From positions 3,743 to 67,742 of the forward strand of contig BPHZ01000011.1 in assembly GCA_026003835.1 (NCBI GenBank): DNA of 64,000 bases. Direction: 5' to 3'. The notes beneath the pieces were generated by a model. It was not told where the DNA came from. It searched no databases and saw nothing but the letters and a program-made list of their open reading frames with translations. The translations under genes and the position numbers were made by a program. Below are positions 19,692-28,664 of the stretch, in pieces (the stretch's first letter is position 1; every line of letters begins with the position of its first letter). The stretch is from Herpetosiphonaceae bacterium. Its GTDB lineage: Bacteria; Chloroflexota; Chloroflexia; Chloroflexales; Herpetosiphonaceae.

Positions 19692-19703
19692 GATCAAACG
19701 TTC
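19692..19703 (+). promoter_or_regulatory. possible LexA (SOS) box upstream of recN
   Basis: GATC-AAAC-GTTC has one mismatch to the GAAC-N4-GTTC Gram-positive-type SOS box. It lies 9 nt upstream of a TATAAT hexamer (19713-19718). Confidence 0.3.
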
Positions 19704-19719
19704 TAAATCTCGTATAATG

Positions 19720-19761
19720 ATACTTGTCTATTATGGAGAGACGTCGTATACTTGATACTTG
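19720..19761 (+). repeat. three direct copies of ATACTTG in the recN upstream region
   Basis: ATACTTG at 19720-19726, 19748-19754 and 19755-19761; the last two are tandem. Confidence 0.7.
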
Positions 19762-19829
19762 AGCAATTTCGATCCGGTTGGCGGCGGCCCAATCGTCGCC
19801 GCTATTTGTTTGATGGTGTGTGATCACGA

Positions 19830-19929
19830 CTAGTGGACTACCAAGGAAACTGTAAAGATCATTAGGGTGAGCTGGAGGGGCGCAGCCCCTCCAAACCACC
19901 CCATCAATGTTTGTGTAGTCGACCACTAG
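19830..19929 (+). mobile_element. CTAG-bounded dispersed repeat (MITE-like), copy C3
   Basis: CTAG at 19830-19833 and 19926-19929 flanks a 92-nt interior. The interior starts TGGACTAC and ends GTAGTCGACCA (imperfect terminal inverted repeat). It contains a perfect hairpin GGAGGGG-cgcag-CCCCTCC and the family core CCAAACCACCCCATCA. Confidence 0.6.
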
Positions 19930-19946
19930 ATCAAGTCGAGACTCCA

Positions 19947-21767
19947 ATGCTCATTGAGCTTGTTATTGCTGATTTTGCAATTATCGATCACGTTCGCCTC
20001 CAATTTTCCCCGGCGTTCAACGTGCTCACGGGCGAAACAGGTGCCGGCAAGTCCATTATTATCGATGCTCTCAACACGCTGCGCGGCGAGCGTGCCGATA
20101 CATCATTCGTGCGCACAGGGTGCGCGCAGGCGCGCGTGGAGGGTATCTTTACCATCGGCGCTCGTCCAGACTTGATTCCCCTGCTACAGGAGTATGGCCT
20201 GTACGAGGAGGGCGAGGATCAGCTGATCCTGAGCCGCGAGATTAGCGCGGCAAGCGGAAGAAGCGTGGCCCGCGTCAATGGCCGCGCCGTCAGTCTCAGT
20301 GTCCTCCGCGAGATCGGCGGCAGGCTGGTCGATATCCACGGCCAGCATGAGAGCCTCTCGCTCTTCAACGTGCGTACGCACCTGGAGATGTTGGACCGCT
20401 ACGGCGGTCTCCTGCCGCTGCGTGCCGAAGTCGCACGTCTGGCAGGTGGACTGGAGGAGGTCAGACAACGGCTTGAACAGCTGCGGCGGCAGGAGGGCCG
20501 GCGGCAAGAGCGCATCGACGAGCTGCAGTATATGATCGACGAGCTAACCGCTGCAAAGCTGCGCCCCGGCGAGGAGGACGATCTGGCCCGCGAGCGCGGA
20601 GTCTTGCAAAATGCGGCCAAAATTACAGCGCTGGCCGAGACAGCCTACAGCCTGCTGAAGGGCGGCGAGGCCGGTGATCGGCGCCGTGTCAATCTTCCGA
20701 TCATTGACTCGTTGGATGAGGTTGCCAGCATCATTGGCGAGCTTCAGCGTTTTGATCCCACCATCGGCGAGCTGCACGAGCAACTCCTCGATCTTCGCTA
20801 CAGGCTCGACGATGTGGTAGCGGCACTGCGAGACTACCGCGATACGCTGGAATTTGAACCAGGCCGGCTTGAAGAGATTGAGGATCGACTGGCGCTCCTC
20901 CATGATCTCACGCGAAAGTACCGCGCTGAGAACAGTGATGCGCTGATAGGCCTGATTGAGGAGGCACAGGCAGAGCTGGAAGTACTGCAGCATAGCTCTG
21001 AGCATCTGGCTGGCCTGCAGGCCGAGGAAGCACGGCTCCGCGTCGAGCTGGGCAGGACGGCAGCAGCACTCTCGGAGCAGCGGCGTAGAGCAGGCGAGGA
21101 GCTTGCCCAACGAATCGTACAGTCCATGGCGGACTTAGCCATGCCGCATGTACGATTCGAGGTCCATATCTCCCACACACCCGATCCCCAGGGTGTTGTC
21201 CTCGGCTCGAGTGAGCCGGTAGCCTTCGACCGCACCGGTGCGGATAAGGTGGAGTTTTTGCTGAGCCCCAACCCTGGCGAGCCACTTAAAGCGCTGGCGA
21301 AAATTGCCTCGGGCGGCGAGTCTTCGCGGCTGCTCCTTGCGATGAAATCAATCCTCTCCGCAGCCGATACGATCCCCACACTCGTGTTTGATGAAATTGA
21401 TGTTGGCGTGGGCGGCAGAAGCGGCCAGGTCGTCGGCGAGAAGATGTGGGGACTGACCTCAGACCATCAAGTGCTTTGTATCACGCACCTTCCGCAGATC
21501 GCCGCTTTCGCGGACGCCCATTACTCCATTACCAAGCGTATCAGCGGCGACCGAACGCAGACGATCGTGCGGCCGCTAGGCTGGGAGGAGCGCGTCAGCG
21601 AACTTGCGGCAATGTTGGATGGCACGCCGGTCAGCGAAGCGAGCCGCCGTTCAGCGGAGGAAATGCTCGCACGCGCGGAGGCGATCAAACAACAGGCGGC
21701 GCGCCAGCATAAGGCAGAGCATATAGTAGGAGATTGTAGCTTTGCAGCAACGACAGACAACAATTAG
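19947..21767 (+). CDS. recN: DNA repair protein RecN
   Basis: MLIELVIADFAIIDH..., Walker A GETGAGKSIIIDAL, a long coiled-coil middle, signature SGGESSRLLLAMK, and Walker B LVFDEIDVGVGG. Start taken at ATG 19947; the ORF-track start is 19911. Confidence 0.92.
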   Translation: MLIELVIADFAIIDHVRLQFSPAFNVLTGETGAGKSIIIDALNTLRGERADTSFVRTGCAQARVEGIFTIGARPDLIPLLQEYGLYEEGEDQLILSREISAASGRSVARVNGRAVSLSVLREIGGRLVDIHGQHESLSLFNVRTHLEMLDRYGGLLPLRAEVARLAGGLEEVRQRLEQLRRQEGRRQERIDELQYMIDELTAAKLRPGEEDDLARERGVLQNAAKITALAETAYSLLKGGEAGDRRRVNLPIIDSLDEVASIIGELQRFDPTIGELHEQLLDLRYRLDDVVAALRDYRDTLEFEPGRLEEIEDRLALLHDLTRKYRAENSDALIGLIEEAQAELEVLQHSSEHLAGLQAEEARLRVELGRTAAALSEQRRRAGEELAQRIVQSMADLAMPHVRFEVHISHTPDPQGVVLGSSEPVAFDRTGADKVEFLLSPNPGEPLKALAKIASGGESSRLLLAMKSILSAADTIPTLVFDEIDVGVGGRSGQVVGEKMWGLTSDHQVLCITHLPQIAAFADAHYSITKRISGDRTQTIVRPLGWEERVSELAAMLDGTPVSEASRRSAEEMLARAEAIKQQAARQHKAEHIVGDCSFAATTDNN

Positions 21768-24700
21768 CGCATGGGCCGAGCGGGTCATGGAGGCCTGCTG
21801 GCTCCTGGCGCTTATTATGGTGCCGATTTACTTCAGCTTGCTCAGCGCTCGCCATTTTGAGCCGGACAAGGCGGTGGTGCTGCGCTCGCTTGTGTTGGTG
21901 CTGCTGGCAGCATGGGCAGTGAAAATAATCGAACGTGGTCAGGCTTTTGGCGAGTGGCCGCGCTGGCGTGATTGGCGCAACGCCCCGATGATCATCCCGA
22001 TCCTGGTCTATGTGGCGATCTTTCTCTTCAGCTCCGCCACCTCGATCATGCCGCGGATCAGCTTCTTAGGCGGCTATAACCGGCTCCAGGGCACGTACAC
22101 CAATCTTTCCTACATTGTCCTGTCCCTGGCAGTCATCGCCAACCTGCGGCGGCGCGAGCAGTTTGATCGACTGATGACTGTGGCGATCCTGACATCGCTG
22201 CCGGTTGCCGGCTACGGCATTATCCAACACCTTGGGATCGATCCCCTTCCATGGAAAGGTGATGTTATCACTCGCGTCGCCTCGACCATGGGCAACTCGA
22301 TTTTTGTCGCCGCCTACCTGATCCTGGTTGTACCGCTGGTGCTCTTCCGGCTGGTAAGCGCCGCCCGTACGGCTGTGAGCGACCAGGTGGATCGGCAAAC
22401 GCCCGCATGGCTGGATAGTGCCTGGGCGGGGGCCATGGTGCTCCTGGTGATAGGGCAGCTGGCGCTGCTCAACGGTGTGCTGAAACTAGGCGCGCTGGTC
22501 TATGTGCTCGATCTCTCAACCTGGTGGCTCTACCCGTTTGCCGTCATCGCCGTCGGCAGCACTTTCCCACTGCTGACGATGCGCCTGATGCACCGGCAGC
22601 GCGGCGGCGTTTGGCCCTATCTACCGGGCGTCTTGCTCGTGTTCCTGGCTATTATGATGCTGGCGCAGGGCATGCTCACCGCAGAGCCATGCAGCGCAAA
22701 CAACCCTGGGAGGACGCTCTGTCTCCAGGTACCACAGAGCAGCCAGGAATCGCGCACCAACGCGCTTGATTTCCGGACCTGGCTGTTGTTCGGCTACGGC
22801 AGCTTCTTTGTCTTCTACCTCCTGCTGGCGGCGCTTCCCCGCCGCTCGGCGGAGCATCCGTCACGGCTGCTGGCCTGGCTCGGCACATTTGGCCTGGCTG
22901 GTGTCGCCGCCGTACTCATGGTAACAACGCTGTTCACGCAAAGCCGCGGCCCGATCCTCGGCCTTATCGCCGCCCTGATCGTCTTCTGGACGCTCGTTCT
23001 CATCCAGGGCAGACGCTCAACGGCAAACCTACGCATACGCCGTACATTAAGCGTGCTGCTGGGCAGCTGGGCGGCGATCAGCCTGGCCGGCCTGGCCTTC
23101 CTGCTCATTCTTAACATTGTCCCTGGCTCGTTCCAAAGCCTGCGCGCCAACCGTTACATCAATCGCCTCAGCAATATTATCGAGACCGAGGGCGGCACCG
23201 GCAAGGTGCGTATGCTTATCTGGCGGGGCGATGGCATTACCCGTGGCGCTGTTGATCTGATCCTGGACGATCCTCTACGCACAATCATTGGGTGGGGCCC
23301 TGAGACGATGTTCGTGGCCTATAATCCGTTCTATCCACCCGATCTCGGCCATTACGAGTCGCGCGGCGCCTCGCCGGATCGCTCGCACCAGGCTCTCCTC
23401 GACGAACTCGTCCATAAAGGAGCGCTCGGCCTCTCCAGCCATCTCCTCGTCATCGGCAGCTTTATGATGCTGATGCTGCGCTTCCTCCGCATACCTCGCT
23501 GGGCCAACCTGACGCTCAATGGGCTGCTCTTCGTCAGCATTGCAGCCTTCTTTTACGGCTTCTTGGGAAGTCCGGCCCTCGGCCTGACAGCGCTCGTCAG
23601 CAGTGCGCTGGCAATCGGTCTTGCCTCCGCCTTAGGTTACGATCGACCAATCGAGCAGCCGCTGCCATTCACCTGGGAGGTCTTCTTCATCGCCTCGCTA
23701 TCCGTGCTCGTCGCTAACTTTGTCGAAACCTTCTTTGGTATCCCAATCGTCTCAACACTCACCTATACCTGGGGAACCATCGGGCTGGCGGTGGTAGCAG
23801 GCGCTCTGGCGGGAGTCTACACCCTCGGCCGCCAGCCGGCAGTAGCGCCCGCAGCAGCGACTGAGGTCGTTGAAGAGCAAGTGCCGGCACAGAGTGCCAG
23901 CGGCAAAAAGGGACGACGCCAGGCGCGTGGAACACAGGCGCGAGCGCGACAGGGGCGAGCCGTCGCTGCGCAGAAGAGCGCGCCCATCCGCTGGATCCAC
24001 CCGCTGATCGGCCTCCTGGCGCTGGTGGGAATCTGGTTCTGGAATATCGACATCACCTATGCAGATATGCGCTTCAACCAGGGTCAGCAGTGGGCTGACG
24101 GCCAGAGCCTGGACCGTGAGCTGCTCGCCTATGCCGCCTATAGCGATGCCCTGCGCAGTGAGCCGCACGAGGACTTCTACTATCTGTACTATGGCCGCAC
24201 ACTCCTGGCCCTGGCCCAGATCGTCGGCCAGCAGCAAGCGCAGCTTGTGCAGGAGGGCAAACTCTCGCAAGAGGTGATGGCCCGGCAGCCTACGGCAAGC
24301 GCCAGCCTGGCGGATCTGCCCGACGTCAGCTACAAGCAAATTCTCAACGACAGAACGGCCTATACTGAGCTGGCACGCTGGTTCCTCAACCACGGCTCCT
24401 TCGAGATCCTTAACTATGCCCGACTGGCGATGGACCAGGCCCGACAGCTGAGTCCTTTGAACAAAGATCATTATGCCAACCTGGGACGGATCTATGCCAC
24501 CTGGTATCGTTCGACGAAAGATCCACAGAAGCTGGACCTGGCCATCGAGAGCTATGAGAAAGCGCACGAGGTCGCGCCACAGGACGTTGTGCTGATGGGG
24601 CAGTGGGCCTCGCTCGTCGCTATGAAGGATCCACAGCAGGCTGAACAGATTTTGCGTGAGGCCATCCGGCTCGATGAGGCCGGCAACCCGGCGCCCGATC

Positions 24701-25152
24701 GCCGTTATGCTGAGAACTTTGTGCGGCTCGGCGAGGTACTACGCGCGCGTGGAGACCTGCAGGGCGCGGCCGCGCAGTATGCCGAAGCGGCCAGTATCGA
24801 CCCCCGCGTCTTCGGGCGTCTGATCGACCTGGACCCCGGCCGCAAACTGGAGCAAGAGATCCGTTCGGCGCTGGCGAAGGATCCGGCGCTGCTGCGCCTC
24901 TTCGCCCAGGGTTATGGGCGCTACCTTGAGCGCAAGCCCGAGAACCTTGACGCGCATCTGACCTACACAACCCTGCTGAGCGATGCGCTTGACTACCGGG
25001 GAGCGCTGGAAGAGGCCCAGCGTGGCCTGCAAATTGCGGAAGAGTCGCTGAGCAAAGCGTCCGGCAGACAGCAAGAGTCGCTTCAGGAGAAGATCAAGAG
25101 CTTCCGAGCGCTGATCAACTATCTCCAGCAGCACACCCCGGTGGGAGGCTAG
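21742..25152 (+). CDS. O-antigen-ligase/polymerase-like polytopic membrane protein with C-terminal TPR-like repeats
   Basis: 1136-aa ORF with many TM helices, the Wzy_C-like segment FTQSRGPILGLIAALIVF, and a C-terminal ~350 aa of helical TPR-like repeats. Overlaps the recN 3' end by 26 nt. Confidence 0.75.
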   Translation: MQQRQTTISAWAERVMEACWLLALIMVPIYFSLLSARHFEPDKAVVLRSLVLVLLAAWAVKIIERGQAFGEWPRWRDWRNAPMIIPILVYVAIFLFSSATSIMPRISFLGGYNRLQGTYTNLSYIVLSLAVIANLRRREQFDRLMTVAILTSLPVAGYGIIQHLGIDPLPWKGDVITRVASTMGNSIFVAAYLILVVPLVLFRLVSAARTAVSDQVDRQTPAWLDSAWAGAMVLLVIGQLALLNGVLKLGALVYVLDLSTWWLYPFAVIAVGSTFPLLTMRLMHRQRGGVWPYLPGVLLVFLAIMMLAQGMLTAEPCSANNPGRTLCLQVPQSSQESRTNALDFRTWLLFGYGSFFVFYLLLAALPRRSAEHPSRLLAWLGTFGLAGVAAVLMVTTLFTQSRGPILGLIAALIVFWTLVLIQGRRSTANLRIRRTLSVLLGSWAAISLAGLAFLLILNIVPGSFQSLRANRYINRLSNIIETEGGTGKVRMLIWRGDGITRGAVDLILDDPLRTIIGWGPETMFVAYNPFYPPDLGHYESRGASPDRSHQALLDELVHKGALGLSSHLLVIGSFMMLMLRFLRIPRWANLTLNGLLFVSIAAFFYGFLGSPALGLTALVSSALAIGLASALGYDRPIEQPLPFTWEVFFIASLSVLVANFVETFFGIPIVSTLTYTWGTIGLAVVAGALAGVYTLGRQPAVAPAAATEVVEEQVPAQSASGKKGRRQARGTQARARQGRAVAAQKSAPIRWIHPLIGLLALVGIWFWNIDITYADMRFNQGQQWADGQSLDRELLAYAAYSDALRSEPHEDFYYLYYGRTLLALAQIVGQQQAQLVQEGKLSQEVMARQPTASASLADLPDVSYKQILNDRTAYTELARWFLNHGSFEILNYARLAMDQARQLSPLNKDHYANLGRIYATWYRSTKDPQKLDLAIESYEKAHEVAPQDVVLMGQWASLVAMKDPQQAEQILREAIRLDEAGNPAPDRRYAENFVRLGEVLRARGDLQGAAAQYAEAASIDPRVFGRLIDLDPGRKLEQEIRSALAKDPALLRLFAQGYGRYLERKPENLDAHLTYTTLLSDALDYRGALEEAQRGLQIAEESLSKASGRQQESLQEKIKSFRALINYLQQHTPVGG

Positions 25153-25153
25153 C

Positions 25154-26182
25154 GTGAGCCTGACGCAAGTGTTTCTTATTTTCTTGTCGGCGCTCGTCTT
25201 CGCCATCCTCGGAACACCGTTGGCTAAGCGCGTAGCGGTTGTCACAGGCGTACTCGACCAGCCAAGCGGCCGTAAAATTCATCATACGCCCGTTCCGCTG
25301 CTGGGCGGCGCGGCGATTTACGCCGGGTTTGTACTGGCGCTGCTTCTGTTTGGCGATCGCTTTTACGTTCGTGAGCTTGTCGCGATCCTGCTTGGCGGAA
25401 CGCTCGTCTCGCTGTTTGGCGTTGTTGATGATGCCCATGGGATGCGCCCATTGATCAAGCTCGGCGGCCAGCTCCTGGCGGGCGTCGTGCTGATCCTGAG
25501 TAGTGGTGGATTGACGGGTGGCCCGCAGGTGACCATCTTCCCCTCAACGGCGCTGAACATCGCCGTTACACTGATATGGATCATTGGTATCACCAACGCC
25601 CTTAATCTGCTGGATAATATGGATGGGCTCTCAGGCGGCATAGCGGCGGTAGCCTCCGCCTTCTTCCTGCTGCTGGCAGCGCTTAACGATCAGGTATTGG
25701 TGGGCGCTATGGCGGCAGCGCTATTAGGTGCCTGCATCGGCTTTTTACGCTACAATTTGAACCCGGCGACCATTTTTATGGGCGATACAGGCAGCCTCTT
25801 CCTGGGCTTCATCCTGGCAGCGCTGGGTATCAAGCTGCGATTTCCCGGTCATACCCCAGCGGTCACCTGGATGATCCCGGTGCTCGTGCTTGGGCTGCCG
25901 ATCTTCGACACGGCGCTGGTCACCGTCTCACGTCTGCGGCGAGGACTCAATCCGCTCACGAACGGCGGCAAGGATCACCTCTCACATCGACTGGTAGCGC
26001 TGGGCATGACCAGGCGCGAGGCGGTGCTCACCTGCTACCTGATCGCCGGCAGCTTTGGCATGATCGCGGTGTTTCTTATGCGCGCGACAGTGACGGAGGC
26101 CTATCTGATCTTAGCCGCGCTGATCGTCGTCAGCGCAGGAGCGATCTGGCGGATGGATCGCCATTTTGTCAGGCCCGGCTAG
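25154..26182 (+). CDS. MraY/WecA-family polyprenyl-phosphate N-acetylhexosamine-1-phosphate transferase
   Basis: GTG start 6 nt after GGGAGG. Motifs: [42 protein letters not shown]. Confidence 0.88.
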   Translation: MSLTQVFLIFLSALVFAILGTPLAKRVAVVTGVLDQPSGRKIHHTPVPLLGGAAIYAGFVLALLLFGDRFYVRELVAILLGGTLVSLFGVVDDAHGMRPLIKLGGQLLAGVVLILSSGGLTGGPQVTIFPSTALNIAVTLIWIIGITNALNLLDNMDGLSGGIAAVASAFFLLLAALNDQVLVGAMAAALLGACIGFLRYNLNPATIFMGDTGSLFLGFILAALGIKLRFPGHTPAVTWMIPVLVLGLPIFDTALVTVSRLRRGLNPLTNGGKDHLSHRLVALGMTRREAVLTCYLIAGSFGMIAVFLMRATVTEAYLILAALIVVSAGAIWRMDRHFVRPG

Positions 26183-26237
26183 GCGAGCCTGACTCCGGGA
26201 TGTCGCGTCGCAAGCCGTCCGGCTCGCAACGCGTCGT

Positions 26238-26267
26238 TTGACCCCTCAAGCCGGTTTGTGGTACTAT
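26238..26267 (+). promoter_or_regulatory. sigma-70-type promoter (extended -10) of the paa-like operon
   Basis: TTGACC (26238-26243), 18-nt spacer, TGgTACTAT (26259-26267). An AAAGGAG RBS precedes ATG 26303. Confidence 0.5.
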
Positions 26268-26283
26268 CTAGATAGAACTAGAT
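26266..26283 (+). promoter_or_regulatory. perfect inverted repeat ATCTAG-N6-CTAGAT overlapping the -10/+1 region (operator candidate)
   Basis: atctag atagaa ctagat at 26266-26283. The 6-nt arms are exact reverse complements. Confidence 0.45.
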
Positions 26284-26302
26284 TTCACAAAGGAGTGAGT
26301 CG

Positions 26303-27112
26303 ATGGCCGAGTCAATGACAGAACAGAAGCTGGTCAACTACAGCGTTCAGGATGGCATCGCTATCCTCGAGCTTAGTGATCCCCCCGCAAACACCTATAC
26401 CTATCAGATGATGCGCGACCTCGATGATGCTATTCTGCAGGCGCGCTTCGACGACAGCGTCCACGTCATTGTTCTGCGCGGTGCCGGCGACCGCTTCTTC
26501 TCCGCGGGCGCCAATATCAATATGCTCAATGAGGTCACGCCTCGCTTCAAGTATTTCTTCTGTCTGCACGCCAATGAGACTCTCAACCGGCTTGAACAAA
26601 CCCCCAAGCTGGTGATCGCTGCGCTCAACGGCCACACGGTCGGCGGCGGCCTGGAGATCGCCATGGCTGCTGATCTGCGCGTTGCGCGCAAGGATGCAGG
26701 CAAGGTCGGCCTGCCGGAGATCAATCTGGGCGTGCTGCCAGGCACCGGCGGTACGCAGCGGCTCGCGCGTCTGGTCGGCAAGTCGAAGGCGATTGAGCTG
26801 ATGGTCACCGGCCAGCTTATGAGCTTTGAGCAGGCCAGGGAGCTTGGCATCGTCAATGAGATCTTCGAAGGCGATATCGACTCATTTATGAATCAGGTGC
26901 TCGATTATGCGCGCCAGTTCGTGCCGCCGGCCAAAGCCAGCAAGGCCGTCGGCCTGATTAAACGCTCGGTCCAGACCGGCGCTGAGATCCCCTTTGAGAC
27001 GGCGCTGGCAGTTGAGCGCGAGCTCCAGCAGCAGCTCTTCCAGAGCGAGGATGCCAAAGAGGGCCTTGCCGCTTATGTTGAGAAGCGCAAGCCGGAGTTC
27101 AAGGGACGCTAG
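26303..27112 (+). CDS. enoyl-CoA hydratase/isomerase family protein (PaaF/PaaG-like)
   Basis: Crotonase motifs VIVLRGAGDRFFSAGANINML and ALNGHTVGGGLEIAMAADLRVA. Confidence 0.88.
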   Translation: MAESMTEQKLVNYSVQDGIAILELSDPPANTYTYQMMRDLDDAILQARFDDSVHVIVLRGAGDRFFSAGANINMLNEVTPRFKYFFCLHANETLNRLEQTPKLVIAALNGHTVGGGLEIAMAADLRVARKDAGKVGLPEINLGVLPGTGGTQRLARLVGKSKAIELMVTGQLMSFEQARELGIVNEIFEGDIDSFMNQVLDYARQFVPPAKASKAVGLIKRSVQTGAEIPFETALAVERELQQQLFQSEDAKEGLAAYVEKRKPEFKGR

Positions 27113-27135
27113 TGAAACCTGAAACCGGAGGAGCT

Positions 27136-28065
27136 ATGGTCACCGACGCAGAGCTTCAGGAGCGGCTCGAGAAAGGCTTCCTCGTCGAGCATGTCGAGCA
27201 GATGACCGAGAGCTACCGCCAGGCGCTGATCCGTATCCTTACCGTCTCGGCAGACACCGAGCTGGTCAGCGCTCCCGCCTATTATCTGGCTGCCCAGCGT
27301 GCGCCGACCGTCAATTCGTTCATATCGGCGCTGGGGATTATCCAGGACGAACTCGGCCATGCTCATATCGCCTACAGGCTACTACGCGATCTGGGCGTGG
27401 ATATCGAGGCCCTGATCTATGACCGCAAGCCGGAGCAATTTAAGTATCCCTATGCCTTTGATGTACCGCTGGAGAGCTGGACCGAGCTGGTCGTCGCCAA
27501 CGGCTTCTACGACCGCGCTGGCTTTGTGTTGCTGAGCGATGTGTTCAAGCACACCAGCTTCGGGCCATGGAAGCGAGCGCTGGTGAAGGTCGATAAAGAA
27601 GAGGTCTTCCACCTGCGCCATGGCGAGCACTGGATGACCAGGCTGGCTCAGACGGAGGAGGGCCGCGCCGAGCTCCAGCGCGCCGTCGACTGGATGTTTC
27701 CGCTGACCGTCGAGTGGTTTGGGCTTCCCGATACCTTGAAGCGCCATGGTGAGCAGCTTGGCTACGGCCTCAAGGGCTCGTCCAACGATCAGCTGCGCCA
27801 GCAGTGGATGAGCACAGCTGTGCCGCTGTGCGAGAAGCTTGGCCTCAAGGTGCCCGCCCACTATGACGAGGAGCGCCAGGAGTATGTGCTGGACTTCCCC
27901 TTCCCGGCCGCGTTTGATGCGGAGCGTAAGGAGTGGGATTTCAGCCGCCAGATCACCTGGGATGAAGTGTTGAAGCGCTGGAAGGCCCGCGGACCATCCA
28001 ACCAGGAGTTCGTGGCGCAGATTCAGCGTGGAAACAAGCAGCTCCGCCGGATCCTGGCAGCATAA
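27136..28065 (+). CDS. paaA: 1,2-phenylacetyl-CoA epoxidase catalytic subunit A-like di-iron protein
   Basis: Ferritin-like di-iron motifs IIQDELGHAHIAYRLL and KEEVFHLRHGEHW, with overall PaaA-like length. ATG 27136 follows GGAGGAG; an alternative GTG 27112 overlaps the upstream stop. Confidence 0.8.
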   Translation: MVTDAELQERLEKGFLVEHVEQMTESYRQALIRILTVSADTELVSAPAYYLAAQRAPTVNSFISALGIIQDELGHAHIAYRLLRDLGVDIEALIYDRKPEQFKYPYAFDVPLESWTELVVANGFYDRAGFVLLSDVFKHTSFGPWKRALVKVDKEEVFHLRHGEHWMTRLAQTEEGRAELQRAVDWMFPLTVEWFGLPDTLKRHGEQLGYGLKGSSNDQLRQQWMSTAVPLCEKLGLKVPAHYDEERQEYVLDFPFPAAFDAERKEWDFSRQITWDEVLKRWKARGPSNQEFVAQIQRGNKQLRRILAA

Positions 28066-28073
28066 GGAAGCTT

Positions 28074-28107
28074 CGCGGTTCAGGTTGAACTTGTAACCTG
28101 AACCGCG
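28074..28107 (+). promoter_or_regulatory. 13-bp perfect stem-loop between paaA and the DUF59 gene
   Basis: CGCGGTTCAGGTT (28074-28086), loop gaacttgt, AACCTGAACCGCG (28095-28107). No U-tract follows. Confidence 0.6.
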
Positions 28108-28124
28108 AGACTTGAGATGAAGGT

Positions 28125-28457
28125 ATGGCACCTACAAGCACTCCCTTTCCAATCGATGAGCAGCTGTTGAACGCGCTGCACGACGTCAATGATCCGGAAC
28201 TGCCCGTGGACATTGTCGACCTTGGATTGGTCTATGGTGTCTGGCGCGAGGGCCGGACGACGCAGGTGCGCATAACCTTCACGGCTATGGGCTGCCCATG
28301 CCTGGATTTTCTGTTGCAAGATGTGCGCGAGCGCCTGATGCGCGAGCCGGATATCGATGATGTACAGATTGAGGTTGTATGGGATCCACCATGGACCAAG
28401 GCGCGCCTGACCGAGCGGGGACGGGATCTGTTGATCAGCTGGGGGGTCTCGGTGTGA
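28125..28457 (+). CDS. paaD: DUF59 domain protein = N-terminal half of PaaD
   Basis: LLNALHDVNDPELPVDIVDLGLVYGV...FTAMGCPCLDFL...VWDPPWTKARLTERGRDLL matches the DUF59 part of PaaD/PaaJ. It stops where the PaaD Cys-rich tail would begin. Confidence 0.7.
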   Translation: MAPTSTPFPIDEQLLNALHDVNDPELPVDIVDLGLVYGVWREGRTTQVRITFTAMGCPCLDFLLQDVRERLMREPDIDDVQIEVVWDPPWTKARLTERGRDLLISWGVSV

Positions 28458-28654
28458 GCGCCTACGCAGATGAGGAGATCTACGAGGTCTTTGCCCGTAA
28501 TAAAGCCGACCAGCCGCTCCATCACGTTGGCTATGTGAGCGCTCCATCGCCGGAGCTGGCCGGAGTCTACGCCCGCTCAATCTACGATGAGTTTATGTGG
28601 ATCGAGATGATCGTCGTGCCCAGGGCAGCGATGCACTCTGTTATCGAGACGTGA
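28454..28654 (+). CDS. paaB: 1,2-phenylacetyl-CoA epoxidase subunit B-like (short form)
   Basis: GTG 28454 overlaps the upstream TGA (GTGA). EIYEVFARNKADQPLHHVGYVSAPSPELAGVYARSIY resembles the PaaB N-terminal core (Y/W-EVF.R......H.GS.HA). Confidence 0.65.
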   Translation: MSAYADEEIYEVFARNKADQPLHHVGYVSAPSPELAGVYARSIYDEFMWIEMIVVPRAAMHSVIET

Positions 28655-28664
28655 GGCCCGCCAT

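Noticed and set aside
19687-19947. 86-aa minus-strand ORF upstream of recN
   Set aside because: It has no RBS, spans the repeat copy C3 and the AT-rich promoter region, and has no recognisable fold.
26183-26227. Inverted repeat GCGAGCC...GGCTCGC after the WecA-type gene as a terminator
   Set aside because: It has only a 7-bp stem with a 31-nt loop and no U-tract, which is too weak to call.
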